Below are positions 47,254 to 52,813 of a DNA stretch of 52,813 nt, piece by piece. The first letter of the stretch is position 1. Every line of letters starts with the position of its first letter. The position numbers and the translations under genes were made by a program. Source of the DNA: Bryobacteraceae bacterium (GTDB lineage Bacteria > Acidobacteriota > Terriglobia > Bryobacterales > Bryobacteraceae); the NCBI GenBank assembly GCA_035314765.1, contig DATFZA010000814.1, forward strand, positions 1 to 52,813, read 5' to 3'. The notes under the pieces were generated by a model. It saw only the letters and a list, made by a program, of their open reading frames with translations, did no database searches and was not told the DNA's origin.

Positions 47254-47871
47254 CTACTTGGCGGCGGTGCGGTAGGCGCGTTCGCCATCGGCCCGTTTGA
47301 AGGACTCGACCGCAAGCCCCATCTTCTTACCGAGACTGCCGGAGATGAAGCCGCGGATGCTGTGGGCCTGCCACTCGGTGACATCCGCGATCTCCTTAAG
47401 GCTGGCACCGTCGGCACGGCGGATGAGTTCCAGGACGATGGCCTTCTTGCTGCCCTCGCGCGTCGTGGGCTGCGTGTCCTTCGCGGTGGTGCCCTTGGCC
47501 GCCTTGGCCTTCTTTGGCGCGACGTGGGCCGTCTGCCGCGCGGGGGGGGGCACCGTCCGGGCAGCTTTCAACTTGGCTTCCGCGTCGCGAATGCTGGCGC
47601 GCAGCAGTTCCTCCCCCAGCGTCTGGATGGCCTTCCAGATCCGGGAGACCGCCGTCTTGCGGTCGGTGAACTTCTTGACCGGCTTGAGGTCGCCGAAGGG
47701 CGGGGCGCCGGCGAACGCATTCCAGACTTCGACGAACCGCGTGATGGGCCAGTCGGCGGAGAGTTTGGCGAACTCCTTTTCTGTGGCGAAACGGTCTTGG
47801 CCTTCGGGAACCTGCTCGGCGGCGGTGAAGGCAGTGATGTTGTTGTCGGTGGCGATTGCGAACGTGGTCAT
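47254..47871 (-). CDS. DUF3489-domain protein
   Basis: 205 aa. C-terminal KKAIVLELIRRADGASLKEIADVTEWQAHSIRGFISG matches my recollection of the DUF3489 winged-helix signature. Confidence 0.7.
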   Translation of the reverse strand: MTTFAIATDNNITAFTAAEQVPEGQDRFATEKEFAKLSADWPITRFVEVWNAFAGAPPFGDLKPVKKFTDRKTAVSRIWKAIQTLGEELLRASIRDAEAKLKAARTVPPPARQTAHVAPKKAKAAKGTTAKDTQPTTREGSKKAIVLELIRRADGASLKEIADVTEWQAHSIRGFISGSLGKKMGLAVESFKRADGERAYRTAAK

Positions 47872-47877
47872 GGCTTG

Positions 47878-47901
47878 CTCCTGTTTCAGAATTCGATCTT
47901 G
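47878..47901 (-). repeat. 24-nt gene-junction repeat, copy 1
   Basis: CTCCTGTTTCAGAATTCGATCTTG, identical to 48120-48143. On the minus strand it reads ..K I E F stop followed by AACAGGAG (SD). Confidence 0.85.
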
Positions 47902-48113
47902 GGGATTAGGTCCTGCACGAAGGCGGCTTTGCCGGAATCCTCACAAGCCGCGGTGAAGCTGTGGCTGCCCTCGATTGCACCCAGGATCTGGGACGGCGGA
48001 TCGTTGCCAGCGGCAACCTTCCGCATCGCTTCGTGGGGGCCGTCGGCGGTCAGGTTCTCGGCGTATACCACGCCTGTGTCGTCCCAAAGTCCGACTACGG
48101 TGTATGTCTGCAT
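47886..48113 (-). CDS. hypothetical small protein (75 aa)
   Basis: Start trimmed to ATG 48113 (MQTYTVVGLWDD) with a GGAGAC SD. Ends ..PKIEF. Confidence 0.55.
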   Translation of the reverse strand: MQTYTVVGLWDDTGVVYAENLTADGPHEAMRKVAAGNDPPSQILGAIEGSHSFTAACEDSGKAAFVQDLIPKIEF

Positions 48114-48119
48114 TCTGGT

Positions 48120-48143
48120 CTCCTGTTTCAGAATTCGATCTTG
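48120..48143 (-). repeat. 24-nt gene-junction repeat, copy 2
   Basis: Identical to 47878-47901. Confidence 0.85.
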
Positions 48144-48640
48144 TCGACGATCCGGCGCGTTTCGTCGTCGGTGAGGCGTTCTCTCAAGCTTCCCTGTTTG
48201 ATCCATCCGTCAACGGCAGTCTGGACAGCGTTCCAGAAGTCCGTTTCGTTGATGTCGAAGGGACGCTCGAACGCCCCGCCGTAGCCATTGGCATCCGTGT
48301 AGTCGTGCAGTTCGCTGAAGGAGGCGCAGGTGCTGGGGACGGTCCCGGCGGCAACGTCGGCGAGGATTTCGGCCTTGGCTCGTTCCACAACTTGGTGCAA
48401 CTCGCCGGCGCTGAAGTCCGGCGAGCGCGGGTTGCGGTTTTGCGTTGGGCATCCTCCTACCGCCGGTTTCACCTCCGAGCGGAGGCGGGCGGCTGTCCGG
48501 ATGCGGATCTCGCGGCCGGTGGCGAGGTTGGTTCCATACCACCCGCCGCGCGGGTGTTCGCGGGTGAGGCGGACTCTGGCCAGCGTGCCGCTGACCTTCA
48601 CGACGTAGGTCGTTCCGACGTGTACGTTTTGCTTTTGCAT
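48128..48640 (-). CDS. hypothetical protein (170 aa)
   Basis: Start trimmed to ATG 48640 (MQKQNVHVGTTYVVKVSG), 2 nt after the upstream stop. Ends ..DKIEF. Confidence 0.55.
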   Translation of the reverse strand: MQKQNVHVGTTYVVKVSGTLARVRLTREHPRGGWYGTNLATGREIRIRTAARLRSEVKPAVGGCPTQNRNPRSPDFSAGELHQVVERAKAEILADVAAGTVPSTCASFSELHDYTDANGYGGAFERPFDINETDFWNAVQTAVDGWIKQGSLRERLTDDETRRIVDKIEF

Positions 48641-48642
48641 GG

Positions 48643-48897
48643 TTAGTAGTCCAGTCCTTTGGCATCCACCGCGCTGCGGTCGCTGAGGCTGGCGAGGACG
48701 TAGGCGAGTTCCTCGGTGATGCGGCCCAGGTCGCCGGGGTACCCCCAGTTGGCGGGTTCCTGCGCCTGGTCCTTCTGGTGCTGCTCCAGGCGGCTGGCGA
48801 TGCGCTTCAGCAGGTCCTGGCACTCGGTGTGGCGTTCCGCGTAGCAGGCGGCGGCAGTTTGCTTGGTGTTCTTGGCGGTGCGTTGCATCGAACACAT
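48643..48897 (-). CDS. hypothetical small protein (84 aa)
   Basis: First gene of the co-directional 48897-47254 cluster. No motif recognised. Confidence 0.45.
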   Translation of the reverse strand: MCSMQRTAKNTKQTAAACYAERHTECQDLLKRIASRLEQHQKDQAQEPANWGYPGDLGRITEELAYVLASLSDRSAVDAKGLDY

Positions 48898-48971
48898 ACA
48901 TCACTCCGGTGGCGGCGGAAGGCAAGGGATAACGCGCACGGGCCGCATCTTCGCCGTGGCTCTTTCAAATG

Positions 48972-48981
48972 GCCAATTGGC
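48972..48981. promoter_or_regulatory. perfect palindrome GCCAATTGGC (candidate operator)
   Basis: Lies in the 312-bp intergenic region upstream of the 48897 operon. A related site, GGCCAATTTGGCC, is at 49125-49137. Confidence 0.25.
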
Positions 48982-49124
48982 GGCTTGCTTCGAGCGCCGC
49001 TTCCCGCCGCGCAGCGCGATTTCACTCCCTTGGGGCCGCCCCCTGGGCGTTCCCCGGTAAGGTCGGGATCGTGCCTCACTTTGGTGGCGGCGAAACGCAA
49101 GGGAAGGGCGGGCGTGGCTGGAAT

Positions 49125-49137
49125 GGCCAATTTGGCC
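49125..49137. promoter_or_regulatory. near-palindrome GGCCAATTTGGCC (candidate operator)
   Basis: Shares the context (A)ATGGCCAATT with the 48972 site. Confidence 0.25.
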
Positions 49138-49209
49138 GACCGGCTATGCCCGCACGCTGGTGCGAACTTCCGCACAATATTGCGGAGCTCAAGCGCATCT
49201 ATGAAACTC

Positions 49210-49587
49210 CTAGTGATGGTTGCCATCCTGGAGCCGAGCCCACACCTCCCGTTGCTCCCCCCACAGCATCTTCGAAGCAACTTGGCGGAGCGCGACTTCG
49301 CCCAGATGGAATCGGCCGAGCGATGTCCGTGGCAGGGTCAGGATCTCCTGCTGGATGTCAGGCGCCAGCCAGACCAGCCGCATGATCTGGCTGACCCGTT
49401 CCTTGCTGATGCAGCCCAACCGGGCCAGATCGGAGTGGTCCCTCGCCAGGCCACGCCGGATCATGTCGTCGAAGCCGATAGCCAGCGCCAGTACTTCGGC
49501 AACCCGCGGAAGCTTGCCGCGCTCGGTCCCCGGCGCCGCCGCTTCCTTCTTCGAGTGCGGCCGTAGTTGAAACTGGATCTCGTGCAT
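49210..49587 (-). CDS. hypothetical protein downstream of serine recombinase (HTH-like middle segment)
   Basis: 125 aa. DHSDLARLGCISKERVSQIMRLVWLAPDIQQEIL resembles an HTH. Starts 5 nt after the recombinase stop. Confidence 0.55.
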   Translation of the reverse strand: MHEIQFQLRPHSKKEAAAPGTERGKLPRVAEVLALAIGFDDMIRRGLARDHSDLARLGCISKERVSQIMRLVWLAPDIQQEILTLPRTSLGRFHLGEVALRQVASKMLWGEQREVWARLQDGNHH

Positions 49588-49592
49588 GTTCG

Positions 49593-50948
49593 TTATACCT
49601 CCTGCTGCAATAGACAGAGTTGCTTCACGCCGGCGGACCGGAAGCCGACCGTCACCGTGCCAGTGCTCCCGTCATAGCTGACGGTTTCCACCAGCGCCTT
49701 AATCAACTGCTCTTGCTCGCGCGGTGAGAGGTGTTTCCACAGGCCGTCAAACTCGCGAAGCGCCTGGGCCACGTCCTCTCGTGGCACGTCCTCGAGGCCA
49801 GATCCCTCCAACTGCCGCATCACCGCCGTGAGCATCATCGGATTCCGGCCGATACCCCGGATTTGCTCGATCACCGCCTGTTCCAATTCCGGCGCCGACA
49901 CCGACCGGGTGGCGCACTGCGTCCAACCGCGCTGGTGGGCCTTGACGCAAACGTAGTAGCGGTAGAGCCGGGCATCCTTCTGCGTGTAGGTGTGAACCAT
50001 GCCGACATTGCAGGTGGCACAGCGGACGGTCCCTTTGAGCAGCGCGCCGTGCTTGTTCCGCAGGTTCCGGGTGCTACCCGGCGCGTTGGCCTTGAGTTGC
50101 GCGTGGACCTGATCCCACGTCTCGCGATCGACGATGGCATCGTGCTCACCGGGATAGGTCTCACCGCGATGCCGGACTTGGCCCGTGTAAATAACGTTGG
50201 TGAGAATCTGGTGAAGCCGTGGGCGCGTGAACGGCTTGCCGCCGACCGTCTTGCTGTCCCGCGTGGTCCAACGTTTCAGCGTCCAGCCGCGATGGTCCAA
50301 TTCGCGCACCACCGGGAGCAGGGAACCATGCTCCAGGTACAACCCGAAGATCGTGCGCACGCGGGCGGCCTCCTCCGCATTCACCACCAGGGAGCCGCCG
50401 TCGGGATGCACATCGTACCCAAGCACCGGATTGCCGCCGACCCACTTGCCCTTGCGCCGTGCCGCCGACATCTTGTCGCGGGTGCGTTCGGAAATCATCT
50501 CCCGTTCGAACTGCGCGAAGCTGAGCAGGATGTTCAACGTGAGGCGGCCCAGCGATGCGGTGGTGTTGAACTGCTGGGTGACCGACACGAAGGTGGTGCC
50601 GTGCTTGTCCAAGACCTCCATGATGCGGGCGAAGTCGAGAAGCGACCTCGTCAAGCGATCTACCTTGTAGACCACCACGCAGTTCACCAGCCCGCTCCGG
50701 ACATCGGCGAGCAGCCGCTGCATTGCCGGCCGATCCATGTTGGCGCCGGTGAAACCGCCGTCGTCATACTTCTCGGGCAACGCCAACCAGCCCTCGTGCC
50801 TTTGGCTGACGATGAACGCCTCGGCGGACTCGCGCTGGGCGTCCAACGTATTGAAGTCTGAGTCGAGCCCTTCGTCGGTGGACTTCCGGGTGTAGATGGC
50901 GCAGCGAATCGCTGCCAGCATCGGGCGCAATTTGTTAACGGCGGCCAT
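49593..50948 (-). CDS. large serine recombinase
   Basis: Start trimmed to ATG 50948. Resolvase catalytic N-terminus CAIYTRKSTDEG...VVYKVDRLTRS, a recombinase domain, and a zinc-ribbon CATCNVGM...YYVC. Confidence 0.88.
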   Translation of the reverse strand: MAAVNKLRPMLAAIRCAIYTRKSTDEGLDSDFNTLDAQRESAEAFIVSQRHEGWLALPEKYDDGGFTGANMDRPAMQRLLADVRSGLVNCVVVYKVDRLTRSLLDFARIMEVLDKHGTTFVSVTQQFNTTASLGRLTLNILLSFAQFEREMISERTRDKMSAARRKGKWVGGNPVLGYDVHPDGGSLVVNAEEAARVRTIFGLYLEHGSLLPVVRELDHRGWTLKRWTTRDSKTVGGKPFTRPRLHQILTNVIYTGQVRHRGETYPGEHDAIVDRETWDQVHAQLKANAPGSTRNLRNKHGALLKGTVRCATCNVGMVHTYTQKDARLYRYYVCVKAHQRGWTQCATRSVSAPELEQAVIEQIRGIGRNPMMLTAVMRQLEGSGLEDVPREDVAQALREFDGLWKHLSPREQEQLIKALVETVSYDGSTGTVTVGFRSAGVKQLCLLQQEV

Positions 50949-51477
50949 GTGCAACCTCCTTAGCGATTCCAAAGAACAAATACCCATTCCACTTCGTACC
51001 CGTGATTTCCTGGGCGATGGCGGACAGAGATCGATAAAGCCGCCCGTCGTAGTCGAATCCGTTGTCGAGCACCTTCACGACGTGCGTCTCGCCCTTGTGC
51101 TCTTTCGCCAGCAGTCCGCCCGGCATCGGTAGGCGGGCGTCGTGGTTGCTGGCCAGGCGCGTGGTAGCAGTGCGGTCCGCCTCCGCAGCACCCCGTGTGG
51201 CGGCGCTCTCAATTCTGATTCTCAGCGGAGCATCCCGAGCGACGGCCAGCGCAAGTTGCCGGGTCTCCTCCGGCAGCCCACCTTCCGACTCGGCCTGCAG
51301 TCGCCAGGCGATCTGCCGCGCCAGGAACTCCTTATGGTGCGATTTCGCCGGCGCCCCAAATAGTTCCTCGTGCCGCGCGCGCAAATCCGGCACGGTCATT
51401 CTGGCCAGCCGAGCAACCTCGGCGGCAATGCTGATTGGTTTCTCTGTCTTCTCCAACGGCGTCAACCTCGTGTCCAT
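50935..51477 (-). CDS. DUF2924-like protein (typical partner upstream of large serine recombinases)
   Basis: Start trimmed to ATG 51477 (MDTRLTPLEK). LARMTVPDLRARHEELFG...HKEFLARQIAWRLQ and GRLYRSLSAIAQEITGTKWNGYLFFG. Overlaps the recombinase start by 14 nt. Confidence 0.7.
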   Translation of the reverse strand: MDTRLTPLEKTEKPISIAAEVARLARMTVPDLRARHEELFGAPAKSHHKEFLARQIAWRLQAESEGGLPEETRQLALAVARDAPLRIRIESAATRGAAEADRTATTRLASNHDARLPMPGGLLAKEHKGETHVVKVLDNGFDYDGRLYRSLSAIAQEITGTKWNGYLFFGIAKEVAHGRR

Positions 51478-51830
51478 GAACGCTTCCTTCGCGCCGGTTA
51501 TCAAGCCAGGGAGTGGATGCAGGTGGGGACCAGCCGACCGGATCTGCGACCACGAACTCGAAGTGGCCGGTCGTCCCGATTGACGATCCGCACCCACATC
51601 GGAGTCCGCTTGGCGGTCGTCCGGCTGTCTGGTGTCGTGGAAACGACCGTGTGATCGCCTCCGTGTACTATATACGCCAAAAGTTCGAAAACTGTACAGC
51701 TCCTGGCGCACTTTTTCCCGCGTCTGCAAAACTGCCCCTATCAACTAATACTCAGCGAGTCGGAAAACTGTCTAATCTTTTCTCCGCGCCGGCCTGGACG
51801 GGCTGTCAAGCAGAAGTTTGAAATGGGGGC

Positions 51831-52339
51831 GTCAACTGCGGAGTTCGAAATCGAATCAGGCCGGACCCCGGCCCGAACACCCGTCAACATGAGCGAGGCG
51901 TCAACAAGAGAAGACAGAGAATTCGAAGCCAAAATGTGGGGCCCCAAGCCAAACCATGGGGGTTCGGGCCGGTCTCCAAGCCGATGATTTTCCAACTGGA
52001 GAATGGCTGGAACTCGTAGAAGTCAACGAATGTGAGGCATATGCGCGGACCCGCGCACGGCGATGCCGTCCACAAAAACGAGGCTGGAATTTAGGAAGGA
52101 AAAATGGTGGCTCCCCGGCATGGATTCGAACCCCGTTTGACGGGGTTCGACGCGAAAGGCAAAGATGGTTGTCACGTTGATAATAGACCCACGCACAATC
52201 GCGCTGGCGTCTATCCATCTTTCCGAATGAGACAAAACTCGATTTCGGCCAAGGCGCGGAGACCCGATGGGAGGAGTCGAGCGGATCAGTGCCGGGCACG
52301 TGCTGCGTTCCCATATTCGACCCGGGTTGACTGGTTGAC
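51831..52339. repeat. dispersed GTCAAC/GTTGAC hexamer cluster in non-coding DNA
   Basis: GTCAAC at 51831, 51883, 51900 and 52022. GTTGAC at 52326 and 52334. The first three sit in the context (G/C)CGTCAAC. Confidence 0.6.
52126..52150. other. perfect 10-bp-stem hairpin TCGAACCCCG-TTTGA-CGGGGTTCGA
   Basis: Seen directly in the sequence. No flanking T-run on either strand, so it is not an obvious intrinsic terminator. Confidence 0.7.
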
Positions 52340-52420
52340 TGACTGGTGGTCAGCGGGTAGAGCATGCTGCGGTCGCGGAACTCCGCGCATGAGAGTCCGA
52401 AATGTAGTGCTCGCTCGTTG

Positions 52421-52786
52421 TCAGTCCGTGCCCGGTTTTGATGCGTCGCCGGCCAGGAGCCTGGGCTCTTTCCACTGTGGCAGGGGATCGCGATGCGCCA
52501 GACGGAGCAGGAGTTCGCCGCCGGTGTTCTCGTCGAAGAGCGTGTGGATGAAGCGGTACGTTCGATCGACGACGTCGATCATCAGCCGCTTCATTTCGTC
52601 GTCGTTCAATCGCGACACTTTCGGCCATGGAACGGCACCATATGGACTGATGACCGTAACGTCGGAATAATCACCGGAAGCTGACGATGGGGAGATGCCC
52701 GCGTGAAAATCCTCAAGGGTGGAATTGCGGAAGCACTGTAGGACCAGATACTTCGCCAATCGCTGCTGGAGCACGGGATCCGTCAT
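52421..52786 (-). CDS. hypothetical protein (121 aa)
   Basis: ORF with a plausible globular composition (MTDPVLQQRLAKYLVLQCFRNSTLEDFHAG...). No motif recognised. Confidence 0.4.
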   Translation of the reverse strand: MTDPVLQQRLAKYLVLQCFRNSTLEDFHAGISPSSASGDYSDVTVISPYGAVPWPKVSRLNDDEMKRLMIDVVDRTYRFIHTLFDENTGGELLLRLAHRDPLPQWKEPRLLAGDASKPGTD

Positions 52787-52813
52787 GAAAGCGCGGACTT
52801 CCTGATGAACGTT

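Larger units (their letters stand above)
35694..51477. mobile_element. composite mobile/defence region (P4-like primase module, AbiE, AEP-helicase, DUF3489 operon, serine-recombinase module); true ends not identifiable
   Basis: The gene content listed above. No flanking direct repeats or intact tRNA target could be found by eye. Confidence 0.5.

Noticed and set aside
52098-52135. tRNA- or tmRNA-like 3' end on the minus strand (..CGGGGTTCGAATCCATGCCGGGGAGCCACCA), a possible att site or ssrA gene.
   Set aside because: - No cloverleaf can be drawn. The T-stem would have a G-A mismatch, and there is no matching 5' acceptor, D-arm or anticodon arm upstream.
- The GGTTCGA part is really one arm of a perfect 10-bp hairpin (52126-52150).
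- A tmRNA reading fails: position 70 is G, so there is no G3-U70 pair, and no ..ALAA* tag frame exists in the 360 nt upstream.
- It may still be a fragment of a tRNA 3' end, but I cannot support a gene call.
1-52813. CRISPR arrays, rRNA genes, and intact IS elements with terminal inverted repeats.
   Set aside because: None were seen. The only regularly spaced repeats are the short iteron-like units described in the findings, and the only transposase sequence is a 160-bp fragment.

Overview
High-GC (about 60%) bacterial chromosomal window. The gene content suggests an Acidobacteriota-like soil organism, but that is inference only. There are no rRNA genes, no convincing tRNA and no CRISPR array.

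**Left part, 1-29.1 kb (mostly intact operons):**
- A minus-strand beta-oxidation-like operon: CoA-transferase III, enoyl-CoA hydratase and two overlapping acyl-CoA dehydrogenases.
- A TolC / YtcA / MdtN (HlyD) / MdtO (FUSC)-type efflux operon, preceded by a STAS gene.
- A GAF sigma-54 activator.
- A deletion scar that fuses a histidine-kinase 5' fragment to an AI-2E transporter 3' fragment.
- A ribBA, DUF2520, panB, panC operon.
- A complete Hyb-type [NiFe]-hydrogenase cassette (hypAB-hybOABCD-hypCDE).

**Oddities in the hydrogenase cassette:**
- It is flanked by relics of an older hydrogenase: a small-subunit Tat signal on the left and a large-subunit C-terminus on the right.
- It is interrupted between hybD and hypC by a 1.56-kb insert bracketed by 133-bp direct repeats. 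The insert carries one gene for a soluble protein with a diadenylate-cyclase-fold C-terminal domain.

**Right part, 29.4-52.8 kb (mosaic of decayed and possibly active mobile or defence DNA):**
- Decayed genes: a multiply broken MscS-like gene, a frameshifted tyrosine integrase, a truncated ferredoxin plus a frameshifted and truncated aldehyde:ferredoxin oxidoreductase, and an IS3 transposase fragment.
- A P4-like module: AlpA, a zinc-finger/TOPRIM/DUF3987 primase and three unknown genes. It carries a family of palindromic 9-bp repeats (CCTACAAAA) that occur both in intergenic DNA and inside a coding region.
- An AbiEi/AbiEii pair.
- An AEP(PrimPol)-SF2 helicase fusion gene interrupted by one in-frame TAG.
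- An orphan XRE-type HTH gene, a DUF3489 operon of small unknown genes, and a DUF2924 / large serine recombinase module.
- Upstream of that module, about 940 bp of non-coding DNA rich in GTCAAC motifs.

All functional calls come from reading motifs in the translations. No database search was possible.
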